A DNA stretch of 64,000 nt from Propionivibrio sp. GTDB taxonomy: Bacteria; Pseudomonadota; Gammaproteobacteria; Burkholderiales; Rhodocyclaceae. The DNA lies in the NCBI RefSeq assembly GCF_049316945.1, contig NZ_JBMOJE010000012.1, forward strand, positions 3,752 through 67,751, written 5' to 3'. Positions within the stretch are counted from its first letter, which is position 1; every line of letters starts with the position of its first letter. Of this stretch, positions 47,363-57,193 are shown piece by piece. Both the position numbers and the translations under genes were made by a program. The notes beneath the pieces are model-generated. The model saw only the letters and a list, made by a program, of their open reading frames with translations. It was not told the origin of the DNA and did not search any database.

Positions 47363-47458
47363 GCCCCGCGTTTCCTGCCTGACCTCTCCCATTCACCGCC
47401 ACGGTGCCGCTGTCCTGTAAGCAATGTGAGAGCAAGCAGTGCAAAGCCTGGTCTTGGG

Positions 47459-48193
47459 CTACGGTAATTCAGGTCGTCTGGTCGACTCTTGCGGGCTGAT
47501 AAGGTAAGGCGTCGGGTCGCCCAAGCCGGCAGCGGAAAAGCCCTCGCGGCGCAGGCGGCATGAGTCGCAAATGCCGCAGGCACGGCCGTGTTCGTCAGCC
47601 TGGTAGCAGGAAACCGTTACCGCGTAATCAACGCCAAGGGCACGGCCGTGACGGATGATGTCGGCCTTGGAAAGATCAATCAGTGGGGCGTGGATGGTAA
47701 GTTTTGCGCCCTCGACACCGGCCTTGGTGGCCAGGTTGGCCAGGGTCTCGAAGGCGGCGATGAATTCCGGTCGGCAATCGGGGTAGCCAGAATAATCGAC
47801 GGCATTGACGCCGACGAAGATGTCACGGCTGCCCAAGACCTCGGCCCAGGCCAGGGCCAGAGAAAGCATGATGGTGTTGCGGGCCGGTACATAGGTGACG
47901 GGAATGCCCGGCTGGACTCCATCGACGGGAACCGGGATGGCGTTGTCGGTGAGCGCCGAGCCGCCAAACTCCCCAAGGGCCATGCGTAGCACGCGATGTT
48001 CGCTGGCGCCCAGGGCCTTGGCTACGCGTGCGGCAGCGTCAAGTTCAACGCGATGTCGCTGACCGTAGTCCAGGGAAAGGCAATAGCAGTCGAAACCGGA
48101 GTCGCGGGCCATGGCCAGTGTGGTGGCCGAGTCGAGCCCGCCAGAAAGCAGGACAACGGCGCGGGGTGGTCTGGATGGTAATAGCGTGCTCAT
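47459..48193 (-). CDS. queC: 7-cyano-7-deazaguanine synthase
   Basis: [13 protein letters not shown] is the PP-loop. The C-terminal Cys cluster is CGICDSC. ATG 48193 is chosen and the 27 upstream codons are rejected. Confidence 0.9.
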   Translation of the reverse strand: MSTLLPSRPPRAVVLLSGGLDSATTLAMARDSGFDCYCLSLDYGQRHRVELDAAARVAKALGASEHRVLRMALGEFGGSALTDNAIPVPVDGVQPGIPVTYVPARNTIMLSLALAWAEVLGSRDIFVGVNAVDYSGYPDCRPEFIAAFETLANLATKAGVEGAKLTIHAPLIDLSKADIIRHGRALGVDYAVTVSCYQADEHGRACGICDSCRLRREGFSAAGLGDPTPYLISPQESTRRPELP

Positions 48194-48297
48194 GGGTATG
48201 AAATTCACCGGTTGTTGCCAATGATATGCCGCCATTTTAGCTGAAGTGGAAGTGGCTGACCCTGCTTTGCCCATTTCCGTGAAGACGGGAATGAAGC

Positions 48298-48687
48298 TTA
48301 TTCAGTCGCTCCTGCCGTCAGTTCGTCGACCAGCGCCGAAAGCTCCCGCTCAAGAAGGTCAGGCTCGCCGAGATTGAGTTCGACCAGGCGGCGCAAGTGC
48401 GTCACGCTATCAAGGTCAATGGTGAGGCAGAGTAGTCCGGCATTACGTCCTTCGACGTGTGCTACCCGTGTTTCCATGCTGATTTGATCACTCAGCTCAC
48501 CTTCGTTGAGGTGAACGTGAAGCATGCAGGTCGCGCCATCCTCGATCAGGGTGTCGGCAGGCAGACGGACCAGCGCCCCCTTGAGCGAGATGTCGAGGAT
48601 GATTATTTCAATGTTGCGGTTGGTGAAAATCAACTCGGCGGGCGAGTGGAAGGCAATCCGGGAGTGTACGCGGCGGTCGTCAGTCAT
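48298..48687 (-). CDS. PilZ domain protein
   Basis: DRRVHSRI ... [11 protein letters not shown] fits the RxxxR / D-x-S-x-x-G c-di-GMP binding pattern. Confidence 0.75.
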   Translation of the reverse strand: MTDDRRVHSRIAFHSPAELIFTNRNIEIIILDISLKGALVRLPADTLIEDGATCMLHVHLNEGELSDQISMETRVAHVEGRNAGLLCLTIDLDSVTHLRRLVELNLGEPDLLERELSALVDELTAGATE

Positions 48688-48706
48688 GGCAATAATCTCG
48701 GCTGGG

Positions 48707-49366
48707 TTACTTTCCCCGCATGTTACCCCAAAGCAGCTTGTGTAGTTGTAGCTGGAAACGAACCGGGAGTCGATCGGCGAGTATCCATTCGGCCAATGAT
48801 CGGGGGTCGAGCGCTTCCTGAACAGGCGAAAAGAGCAGCGGACAGCGCGCGTCGAGTCGGTGCTCGATTACGGCGTTGCGTGCCCATTCGTAGTCCGCGC
48901 GGTCCTTGAGAACGAACTTCAGTTCGTCATGCGCGGTGAGCAGTTCGAGATTCTGCCAGCGATTCTTGCTGGACTCGCCCGAGCCGGGAGCCTTGAGATC
49001 GACAATCCGTGAGACGCGTGCGTCGACGTCTGCAATATCCAGTGAGCCGGACGTTTCGAGTGAGACATCGTAGTCAGCGTCGCAAAGTGCCGTGAGCAGC
49101 GCCAGGCAGTTCTTCTGGGCCAGTGGTTCGCCGCCGGTGACGCAGACCTGTCGGGTGCCATGCTTGTAGACTTCTTCGAGAATCCACGCCAGTGTCTTTC
49201 TCTCGCCGCCGGAGAAGGCATGCTCGGTGTCGCACCAGAGGCAGCGTAGCGGGCAGCCGGTGAGCCGGACGAAGACCGTTGGCCGGCCGGCACGCGAGGT
49301 TTCGCCCTGCAGGGAATAGAAAATCTCGCTGATTTTCAGCGAGAGGGATCTGCTACTGCCGGTCAC
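48707..49366 (-). CDS. queE: 7-carboxy-7-deazaguanine synthase (radical SAM)
   Basis: FYSLQGE and CPLRCLWCDT (the CxxxCxxC cluster) are present. It neighbours queC. Confidence 0.9.
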   Translation of the reverse strand: MTGSSRSLSLKISEIFYSLQGETSRAGRPTVFVRLTGCPLRCLWCDTEHAFSGGERKTLAWILEEVYKHGTRQVCVTGGEPLAQKNCLALLTALCDADYDVSLETSGSLDIADVDARVSRIVDLKAPGSGESSKNRWQNLELLTAHDELKFVLKDRADYEWARNAVIEHRLDARCPLLFSPVQEALDPRSLAEWILADRLPVRFQLQLHKLLWGNMRGK

Positions 49367-49370
49367 CCGC

Positions 49371-50165
49371 CTACTTCTTCAGGCGCTGCTTGGCCGTGGC
49401 CGCCGCCGAACTGTCCGGGTACTTGACGAGCACGGTTTCAAGCGTCGATTTGACGCCCTTGCTGTCGCCCAGTTCCTGCTGGCAGGTGGCGATATTGATC
49501 AACGCGTCCGGTGCCTTCGGGTGTTGCGGCCACTTATTGACCACCACCTTGTGCGCCTCGATCGCTTTCCTGCAGTCGTGCAGCGCGTAGTGCGCGTTAC
49601 CAAGCCAGTATTGTGCATTCGGCGTCAGGGTGCTGTCTGGATGAGCCTTGGCGAAGGCCTCGAAGGCACCCGCCGCTTCCTTGATCTTGTTGGCTTTGAA
49701 GAGGTTGAGCGCAGATTCGTATTCACGCGATTCGGCAGCCGGATCGCTGGCGGCCTTTTTTCCAGACTCGGCAGCAGGTTTTGCCTCATCTCCCGTTTTG
49801 GTCTCGGCGGATGGAGCTGACTGGGGCTCGAATTTGCGTAGCCGGCCGTCGAGGTCGATGTAGAAATCCTGCTGCCGCTTCTTGGTCGATTCCAGTTCGT
49901 AGTTCAGTGTTTCCACCTGGCCTTGCAGGCGGGCGTTTTCTTCGCGCAGTGCCTGAATCTGGTTGACCAGTTCAAATTGCGCCTTGAACAGGGTGTCGAG
50001 ACGCTCATTGGACTTGATCGACAGATCCTTGATCTGCCGCCGCGCCTCTTCGTCATCGAACATGCCGGCCTGCGCTTGCGGAGCGCCAAAAACGGCAAGC
50101 AGCAGAGCCACTGTCGACAGACTGGTTGACCAGCCCGAAGCAAAAAGAAAACGACGCCCCGGCAC
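49371..50165 (-). CDS. cpoB: Tol-Pal system protein CpoB/YbgF (coiled coil plus TPR)
   Basis: A signal peptide, a coiled coil and C-terminal TPR repeats (AQYWLGNAHYAL) are present. It lies directly after pal. The GTG start is 2 nt after the pal stop. Confidence 0.85.
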   Translation of the reverse strand: MPGRRFLFASGWSTSLSTVALLLAVFGAPQAQAGMFDDEEARRQIKDLSIKSNERLDTLFKAQFELVNQIQALREENARLQGQVETLNYELESTKKRQQDFYIDLDGRLRKFEPQSAPSAETKTGDEAKPAAESGKKAASDPAAESREYESALNLFKANKIKEAAGAFEAFAKAHPDSTLTPNAQYWLGNAHYALHDCRKAIEAHKVVVNKWPQHPKAPDALINIATCQQELGDSKGVKSTLETVLVKYPDSSAAATAKQRLKK

Positions 50166-50167
50166 TT

Positions 50168-50701
50168 TTAGAACTCGCCGTTGTAGAGCATGTCGCCGCG
50201 ACGGTTTTCGGCCCAGGCGGCTTCGTTCTGGCCTTCATTCTTCGGCTTTTCCTCGCCCAGGCTGACCGACTCAACCTGTTCTTCGCGAGCGCCGAGCAGG
50301 GTCAGCATCTTTTTTACTGCATCGGCACGTTTCTGGCCGAGTGCGAGGTTGTATTCGCGGCTGCCACGGTCATCGGTGTTGCCCTGGATCAGCATTTTGA
50401 ACTGGCGGTTGTCGGCGAGAAACTTGGCGTGTGCGGTGACCAGATCCTTGTACTCGGACTTGACTTCAAATTTGTCGTAATCGAAATAGACGCTGCGCTT
50501 GGAGAGAATGCTCTTCGGGTCGGTCAGCACGGCCGGCAGTTTGCGCCCGTCGACACCGCCGGCGTTTACGGTAGCCACACTTCCGTCACGCGATTCGACC
50601 GGGGCGCCACCCTGCTCGGGGCCGTCGGGTGTCGAACTGCAGCCAGTGATCAAAAGAGCGAGAAGGGCGGGGATGATGAGTTGTTTTATGGTCAGTTTCA
50701 T
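50168..50701 (-). CDS. pal: peptidoglycan-associated lipoprotein
   Basis: The lipobox LLITGCSS and an OmpA-like C-terminal domain (NTDDRGSREYNLALGQKRA) are present. Confidence 0.95.
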   Translation of the reverse strand: MKLTIKQLIIPALLALLITGCSSTPDGPEQGGAPVESRDGSVATVNAGGVDGRKLPAVLTDPKSILSKRSVYFDYDKFEVKSEYKDLVTAHAKFLADNRQFKMLIQGNTDDRGSREYNLALGQKRADAVKKMLTLLGAREEQVESVSLGEEKPKNEGQNEAAWAENRRGDMLYNGEF

Positions 50702-50758
50702 GGTGATGCTCCTGCGTCAAAATTCGGTAGTGTCAGAATCCGGAAATGGGATAAATGA

Positions 50759-52051
50759 TTATCTGGTGAATGGGCCCCACGCCGGTTCGCGAACATCGCC
50801 GGCCGAGATGGAAAGACGTTGTTTGATGCGGCCGTCAATCGATACGGCAGAAAGCACGCCGCGCCCACCGATTTCAGTGGCGATCAGGATCATGCGGCCA
50901 TTGGGGGCGAAGGTCGGAGATTCGTCCTTGTTGGAGTCGGTGAGGATTTGCACCTGCTTGCTGGCCAGGTCCATGACGGCGAGACGGAAACCGCTCTCGC
51001 GCCGACTGATGAAGGCCATCGACCTGCCATCCGGCGAAATGCGCGGCGACACGTTGTAGCTTCCTTCAAAGCTGATGCGCTGGGCATCGCCGCCGCTGAC
51101 ACCGGTGCGGTAAATCTGCGGACTGCCGCCCCGATCCGAGGTGAAATAGATCGACTGTCCGTCCGGTGCAAAGAATGGTTCGGTATTGATGGCGGATGAG
51201 TTGGTCAGGCGCTGTACGCCGGAGCCATCGGCATTGACCGTGAATATTTGCGAGCCGCCTTCCTTGGAGAGCACGACGGCCAGTTTGCGGCCGTCGGGCG
51301 ACCAGGCCGGGGCCGAATTCGACCCCTTGAAGTTGGCAACGACGATTCGTTGTCCGCTGGCCAGCGAATGCACATAGACCACCGGTTTCTTGTTCTCGAA
51401 CGAGACGTAGGCCAGACGGCTCCCGTCAGGCGACCAGACCGGGGAAATGATTGGCTCCTTCGACTTCAGCGCGGCTTGTGCGTTCTGTCCGTCTGCATCG
51501 GCAATTTGCAACTCGTAACGGTTGGCGCTGCCCCTTACCACATAGGCAATGCGCGTCGAGAACACGCCGGGTTCGCCAATCAGCTTTTCATAAATCACGT
51601 CGGCGATACGGTGACCCGCTGCACGCAGCATCGGCGTCGAGGCCACGAAAGCGGAGCCGCCGAGTGCGCTTTGTTTGTTTACGTCGTAAAGGCGAAAACG
51701 GGCTTCCTGCCGGCCATCGCCGCTCGGACCGATGCTGCCGGCAGCCAGCGCATCAGCGCCACGGTTTTTCCAGTCGCCAAAGGCCGGGCTGGACGATTCG
51801 GTCATCGCCACGCTGCCGGTGTCAATCATCTTGAACAAGCCGCTACGTTCAAGATCAGCGCGTATGACGCCGGTCAATACACGCGAGCCGCCAGGATCAC
51901 CGCCAAAGTCGGCAATGGCCAGCGGAATACGGTTGGCACCGGCACCGGTGATCTCGATCGTCAGTTCGGCATGGGAGGGGGTCTGCACCAGCGCCAGGGC
52001 GCTGAAAGCGATCAGGCTCAGGCCGCGAAGTTTGAGCAAGGGTCGAAGCAT
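50759..52051 (-). CDS. tolB: Tol-Pal system beta-propeller protein TolB
   Basis: A signal peptide, an N-terminal TolB domain and repeated PxWSPDG propeller blades are present. Confidence 0.95.
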   Translation of the reverse strand: MLRPLLKLRGLSLIAFSALALVQTPSHAELTIEITGAGANRIPLAIADFGGDPGGSRVLTGVIRADLERSGLFKMIDTGSVAMTESSSPAFGDWKNRGADALAAGSIGPSGDGRQEARFRLYDVNKQSALGGSAFVASTPMLRAAGHRIADVIYEKLIGEPGVFSTRIAYVVRGSANRYELQIADADGQNAQAALKSKEPIISPVWSPDGSRLAYVSFENKKPVVYVHSLASGQRIVVANFKGSNSAPAWSPDGRKLAVVLSKEGGSQIFTVNADGSGVQRLTNSSAINTEPFFAPDGQSIYFTSDRGGSPQIYRTGVSGGDAQRISFEGSYNVSPRISPDGRSMAFISRRESGFRLAVMDLASKQVQILTDSNKDESPTFAPNGRMILIATEIGGRGVLSAVSIDGRIKQRLSISAGDVREPAWGPFTR

Positions 52052-52289
52052 GGGAGCAAAGGCATCCGTTTGAGAATCGCCGATTATATCGCCTCAACGG
52101 GCGAAGGTATTGTAACGAAAAGTAATTTCAGGGTTTTTGCCTTGTTCAAAAGATATGACGGGGAGCCATGAGCCGCAGAAAATAAATGGAGAAAGCCCTG
52201 TTCTCGGGTTTCTCCGATAGCACTCGGCACCTCCGGGTCTTTGCGCTTATTTGCATGCAAAAAACTTGGGACTTCATGTCATTGCCTGG

Positions 52290-52444
52290 CTACAGGCCGC
52301 ATGAACAGGCAATCTACAACCTATGCGCCTGAACAATGGCGTATTTGTTGGCTGTCCTGCATTGATGCCTGTAGAACGCCTGTTTGCATGGCTTGCAGAG
52401 GCGTAGTCTTTATTTTGCTACGCACACACCCAGGCAAGAATTGC
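52290..52444. repeat. copy B of the dispersed intergenic element (see 47228-47362)
   Basis: It has the same conserved blocks in the same order and orientation. It lies between the stop of the GGDEF/EAL gene and the tolB start. Confidence 0.6.
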
Positions 52445-52460
52445 ACACCGGATACGGGCT

Positions 52461-55400
52461 TTACCTGAAGCCGGTAATGCCGCGATAGGCATAGGCCGTC
52501 ATGTAGGCGTAACAGGTGCGCGCATCTTCAGCAAGTTCAAGGAAGGTGATGGCACGGCGTCGCCATTTCTTGAATTCGGGCTCGTCTTTTCCCGGGGAAA
52601 GGTCGAGCAACCCCATGCCCCAGTCCTCGAATATGCGGCGCCGGGCCGGGCCTTCGATCACCACGCGCACCTTGCAATGGCGAGAATCGGCTTTGATTTT
52701 ATCCATCAGGGCAAACAGGACATCCCGCTTGCCTTCCAGCATTTGCATGAAGTAGCCGTCCTGATAGACGAGGTAGCCGGTGACGCCCGCGGACAGATTG
52801 AAAGCACGAGTCCGTTCCAGCAGGTAATCGAGCTCGATACCGGACATCGGGTGCACCGCCTGGCTGACATAAATCAGGAAGTGCAGGGGTGACACCGCGT
52901 TGATCGAGCCGATACTGATTTCACGATCGACCGACTCGATGAAATCCTTTTCCTCCAGCGGCGGGTGAAAATGATCGCCTTGCATGAAATCACAGCCGTA
53001 GGTGCAAAGTTCACGCTGCTGGGCGCTGTTTTCCACCCCTTCCGCCAGCAGTTTCAGCCCGAGCGCACGACCAAGTCCGACCACGGCACGGATGACGGCG
53101 CGGTTCTCGCTGCTCGTCTCGATGCCGTCGATGAAGGCCGGATCAATTTTCAGTACGTCGACCGGAAGCCGCGCCAATTGCGCCAGTGAGGAGTAACCGG
53201 TGCCGAAATCGTCCACGGTGACGCGCAGGCCGAGATCAGCCAGTCGGCGCAAAGCACGCAGATTGGTTTCGACATCGGCCATCAGCGAGGTTTCAGTGAT
53301 TTCGAGCCGCACGCGTGCCGGGACGGCACCCGTATCGCTCAGCGTGGCGGCAAAATCATCGACCAGCGGTTTTTCGTTGGCCTTTGCGTTTGTATTTGCG
53401 TTTGCACTTGCGTTCAAATCTTCGTTCAACTGCCGCGTCGAAACATTCACTGCAACATAAGGCGCACTGTCACCCCAGCGACGACGCCAGTCGGCCTCGG
53501 CCCGGCAGGCCTGGCGGAATAGCCAGGCACCAATGGGCACGATGCTGCCAGTCATTTCCGCGATCGGGATGAAGACGGCGGGAGATATTTCGCCCTCCGG
53601 CGGTTGCCAGCGCAGCAACAGTTCGGCGCCAACAATGCGACCGCTCTCAGCCACCACGATGGGTTGAAAGCGGGTGGACAACTCGTTGCGCTCGATCGCC
53701 GTACGCAGCCCATTGCTGATGGCCAGGCGCTGCCTGGCCTGCTCCTGCAGGTTCTCGCTGAAAAACTGCCAGCCATCACGGCCTTTTTTCTTGGCAGCGT
53801 ACATTGCGGCATCGGCACAGCGCAGCAGGTCGTCGGCGGAATGGGTGCTGCCGTTACCGCTGGCGACCCCGACGCTGGCTGTCACGGCCAGTGGCAGGCC
53901 GTTGAAATTGAATGGCTGGCGCAGGGTGTCGTTGATCCGTTCGGCCATGACTGACGTTGTGGCGGGTTGCTCAACCTGCTCGCAGAGGACAAGAAACTCG
54001 TCACCGGCGAGGCGGGCAACGGTATCGCCCGGCCGCACCTGCTCGATCAGCCGGCTGGCGACCGCTTTCAGCAAGAAGTCGCCGGCTTCATGTCCGTGCG
54101 TATCGTTGATCAGTTTGAAACCATCGAGATCGACAAACAGCAAGGCGACGTTCTGCCCATTGCGCCGCGAACGCTGCAAGGCACTGATGATTCTTTCGCG
54201 AATCAGCGCACGGTTCGGGAGGCCGGTCAGTGGATCATGGGTGGCCCGCCGCGTCAGTTCCTCCTCGGCTTTCTTTCGTTCGGTGATGTCGCGCAGGGTG
54301 ACGACCAGCAGCCATTGGTCGTCATTGCGGAACTTGGCAATCGAAGCTTCAAGCGGAAAAAAACTGCCATCCTTGCGATAACCCGTGATCTCACTGCGCC
54401 ATGTCATGCTACGTTCGGTTTCATCACCGTCGACAAATTGCCTGACCAGTTCGGCATGGTTCTGCCGGAAATGTGGCGGCATCAGCAAATTTACCGACAG
54501 TCCGGTCAGTTCTTCCTCGTCGTAACCGAACATCAGGCAGGCACTGCGATTGGCTTCGCTGATGATGCCTTGGGCATCGGTCGCCAGAATCGCCATGTCG
54601 GCAACCGAAAGGATTTTTTTTGCCGTGCTGAACTGGTGCCGCGCGGCACCGTCTTTTGCCGAGAGATTGCTCATCGCCTCGGGTGATTCGGGCGATTCGG
54701 TCAAATGCGCGGCATTCGATTGAGCCAGATAGCGCTCGGGTATCCGGGGTGGAATCTGACCAAAATCCTCGACGATGCTGAAGGTGCCATCAAAATTGCA
54801 GCGCGCGAGACAGGTATTGACGCTGGCGTGGTGGGTCGCGGCATCAATCTCGACACTGCCCTGCGGCCCGCTGACGCGTACTTTCTCCAGAGCCTCGACC
54901 AGCGCTTCAGCGTCGGTCGTGCCCGCTGCTTCGACGGCGCTGGCGAAGGCATGCACGCACAGGTAGGTGCCCTCGCCGAAGTTGGTCAGCACACCGTTGC
55001 CGTTCGGCCAGAGGCCGTCGATACCGGGCTGGCGGCTCAGACGTTCAAGGTAGCGCCGGTTTTCAGCCGTTTCCCGCGACATGAAATACGTGTTGCTGGA
55101 ATAGAAACCCTCGCGCACCTCCGGCGCTATCCGGCTCACCATCATCTCGTCGTAGTGGCCCATGACCACGGCCATGTGCTTTTTCAGCCCCATTTCGGTA
55201 AACCGGGTGAGCAGGGTGATCTGGTCGCTGCCGGAAAAATAGGGAACGAACACGTCGGCGCCGGAGCGCGCCACCTTTTCCAGCAAGTGGTCGATCTCTG
55301 CCTGGGCTGCGCCGATCGGCAGGTATTCCTCGCCGACGACGTTGCCGCCAAGACGCAACAAGGCCAGCTTGGCGGCATCGATCGAACCGCGTGGCCATTC

Positions 55401-55844
55401 GTAATTGCTGCCAGCGAAAAACATCTTGGTGCCGAAGCGCTTGGCCATGCAGGGAATCATCTTGTCGATCTGCTGATTGGGCAGCGCGGCAAAATGAAAG
55501 AAATAGCGCCCGCCGATGCTGCCTTCGTAGAACGAGAAATTGAGATAGGGAATCCGCTTCGGCTCGGCGACCTGCGCGGCAACGGCGATGCGCGAGTTGG
55601 ACAGCAGATTGCCGATGATCGCCACGCAGTGATGTTCGTCGACCAGGCGCAGGGCGGCAGGCACGGCGGTGAGTGGCAGGCTGCCATCATCCTCGATGAT
55701 CAGTTCCAGAGGACGACCGAGAATCCCGCCGCGTTCGTTGATCTCGTCGCAGGCGATGCGCGCAGCACAAACGATCTCCGGGCCGTACATTTCGACCAGA
55801 CCGGTCAGGGGCGGCAACAAGCCAAGGCGGATTGAATTAATCAT
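52461..55844 (-). CDS. multidomain c-di-GMP signalling protein: type-1 periplasmic-binding-protein-like (AmiC/LivK-like) domain, PAS, GGDEF, EAL, C-terminal BLUF
   Basis: The N-terminal IRLGLLPPLTGL...GRPLELIIEDDG is PBP1-like and has no signal peptide. The PAS region follows. The GGDEF site is RLAGDEF. The EAL site is LEITE...DDFGTGYSSL. The BLUF domain is FLIYVSQA...GVTGYLVY..FMQMLEG...DSRH...EDWGM. Confidence 0.85.
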   Translation of the reverse strand: MINSIRLGLLPPLTGLVEMYGPEIVCAARIACDEINERGGILGRPLELIIEDDGSLPLTAVPAALRLVDEHHCVAIIGNLLSNSRIAVAAQVAEPKRIPYLNFSFYEGSIGGRYFFHFAALPNQQIDKMIPCMAKRFGTKMFFAGSNYEWPRGSIDAAKLALLRLGGNVVGEEYLPIGAAQAEIDHLLEKVARSGADVFVPYFSGSDQITLLTRFTEMGLKKHMAVVMGHYDEMMVSRIAPEVREGFYSSNTYFMSRETAENRRYLERLSRQPGIDGLWPNGNGVLTNFGEGTYLCVHAFASAVEAAGTTDAEALVEALEKVRVSGPQGSVEIDAATHHASVNTCLARCNFDGTFSIVEDFGQIPPRIPERYLAQSNAAHLTESPESPEAMSNLSAKDGAARHQFSTAKKILSVADMAILATDAQGIISEANRSACLMFGYDEEELTGLSVNLLMPPHFRQNHAELVRQFVDGDETERSMTWRSEITGYRKDGSFFPLEASIAKFRNDDQWLLVVTLRDITERKKAEEELTRRATHDPLTGLPNRALIRERIISALQRSRRNGQNVALLFVDLDGFKLINDTHGHEAGDFLLKAVASRLIEQVRPGDTVARLAGDEFLVLCEQVEQPATTSVMAERINDTLRQPFNFNGLPLAVTASVGVASGNGSTHSADDLLRCADAAMYAAKKKGRDGWQFFSENLQEQARQRLAISNGLRTAIERNELSTRFQPIVVAESGRIVGAELLLRWQPPEGEISPAVFIPIAEMTGSIVPIGAWLFRQACRAEADWRRRWGDSAPYVAVNVSTRQLNEDLNASANANTNAKANEKPLVDDFAATLSDTGAVPARVRLEITETSLMADVETNLRALRRLADLGLRVTVDDFGTGYSSLAQLARLPVDVLKIDPAFIDGIETSSENRAVIRAVVGLGRALGLKLLAEGVENSAQQRELCTYGCDFMQGDHFHPPLEEKDFIESVDREISIGSINAVSPLHFLIYVSQAVHPMSGIELDYLLERTRAFNLSAGVTGYLVYQDGYFMQMLEGKRDVLFALMDKIKADSRHCKVRVVIEGPARRRIFEDWGMGLLDLSPGKDEPEFKKWRRRAITFLELAEDARTCYAYMTAYAYRGITGFR

Positions 55845-55920
55845 AATGCGTTCATTCTATTGGCTGATGAAACGGAAGACTAACCCAATTCAAAGATTAT
55901 CAGGCCAGCTATCTATTTTT

Positions 55921-56748
55921 CTACTCGGCAATCGGCCGGTAATGAATGCTCAATTCCCGATCAAAGAGTTCGGGCTGTGCTGGTTTGGGTAGCGGCGAAG
56001 ACTTCCAAATGGCGCGTTCGATGGCGGCATCGAGCGTTGGGTTACCGCTTGATTTGCCTAACTTCACGCTCAGCACTTCGCCCGAGGGAAGCTGAACGAC
56101 TTTGAAAGTTGCTTCGGGATTCCCCTGAATTCCTGGAGGCAGAACGATGTTGCCGCGAATCTTGCCGTTGATAGCATTCATATAAGCATCCGAGCCCAGT
56201 TTTTTGGCAGCAGAGGCTTGCTCGGCTTTCCGCTGGTTGAGTTCGGTTTCGGCACTGGCGCGCTGATTCTGTGATGCCTTCTGCCTTTGGCTCTGTTTCA
56301 GGTCTCGTTCGGCCTCATCGAGCATGCTCTGCCGCCGATCAGGCTCCGGCTTTTTCGGTTCCTCCTTCTTTGGCTCCGGCTTCTTGGGCTCTTCTTTCTT
56401 CGGCTCGGGCTTCTTTGGTTCTTCCTTCTTTGGCTTTTTTTCGTCCTTGAGCGCGATATCCGGCTTGATCACCGGTGCCGGTTCAGCTTTGGGAACGGGC
56501 TTGGGGGTTGGTTTAGGCTCCACCTTCGGCTCGGGCGGCGGTTCAGGGCGTGGCTCGGGTTTTGCCGCAGGCGCCACTACCGCCGGCGCCGCACGCCAGA
56601 CTTCAACTTCGACCGACGATGGCGCCTGGCTCTTCCACTGCACGCCAAAGAACAGGGCAGCAATGAGCAGCAAGTGAACGCTCGCCGAGAGGACCAGCGC
56701 GGTTACGTTCGACTTTTCGGGCGGCGGCAGGTGCGCGGCGATTTCCAC
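55921..56748 (-). CDS. tolA: Tol-Pal system protein TolA
   Basis: A TM anchor LVLSASVHLLLIAALFF is followed by a Lys/Pro/Glu-rich repeat region (KKPEPKKEEP x3) and a C-terminal TolA domain. The start is uncertain: GTG 56748 is proposed, and the ORF track's extension into tolR is rejected. Confidence 0.8.
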   Translation of the reverse strand: MEIAAHLPPPEKSNVTALVLSASVHLLLIAALFFGVQWKSQAPSSVEVEVWRAAPAVVAPAAKPEPRPEPPPEPKVEPKPTPKPVPKAEPAPVIKPDIALKDEKKPKKEEPKKPEPKKEEPKKPEPKKEEPKKPEPDRRQSMLDEAERDLKQSQRQKASQNQRASAETELNQRKAEQASAAKKLGSDAYMNAINGKIRGNIVLPPGIQGNPEATFKVVQLPSGEVLSVKLGKSSGNPTLDAAIERAIWKSSPLPKPAQPELFDRELSIHYRPIAE

Positions 56749-56773
56749 TGGATTGGCTCTCAGGTCGCTGACA

Positions 56774-57181
56774 TCACTTGCCCGTGGGCTGGACAAGCAG
56801 GCCGATGCGCTTGACCTGCTGGCGCTGAAGCTCGTCCATGACGCCAAGCACCGCTTCGTATTTGACGTTCTTGTCGCCGACGATGAGCACCGGTTGCTCC
56901 GGGTTCTTGCGCTGGGCATCGACAATGGCTTGCGACAACTCGCTGCGGCTCATGCTGCGCCCTTCGGATTTTCCTGGCGCGGTCAGTGACAGCGACTGAT
57001 CGGCGCGAATATTGACCTGCAGCGCTTCGGCCGGCACCTGCGCCGCCTTGCCGACCGAGGGCACGTCGATGCTGGCGGTGGTCATCATCGGTGCCGTCAC
57101 CATGAAGATGACGAGTAGCACCAGCATGACGTCGATGTAGGGAACGACGTTGATTTCGTTTTTAAGGCGACGTGGACGCAT
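56774..57181 (-). CDS. tolR: Tol-Pal system protein TolR (ExbD family)
   Basis: INVVPYIDVMLVLLVIFMV is the ExbD/TolR signature. Synteny supports the call. Confidence 0.9.
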   Translation of the reverse strand: MRPRRLKNEINVVPYIDVMLVLLVIFMVTAPMMTTASIDVPSVGKAAQVPAEALQVNIRADQSLSLTAPGKSEGRSMSRSELSQAIVDAQRKNPEQPVLIVGDKNVKYEAVLGVMDELQRQQVKRIGLLVQPTGK

Positions 57182-57193
57182 GAGGCCTCCGGG

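Noticed and set aside
54705-55835. 376-aa plus-strand ORF (also 53967-54686, 51248-52171, 57209-58219, 58427-59077, 62346-63059 and 50126-50758)
   Set aside because: These are antisense shadows of the GGDEF/EAL protein, tolB, tolQ/ybgC, ruvB, EamA and pal genes, all of which are recognised on the opposite strand.
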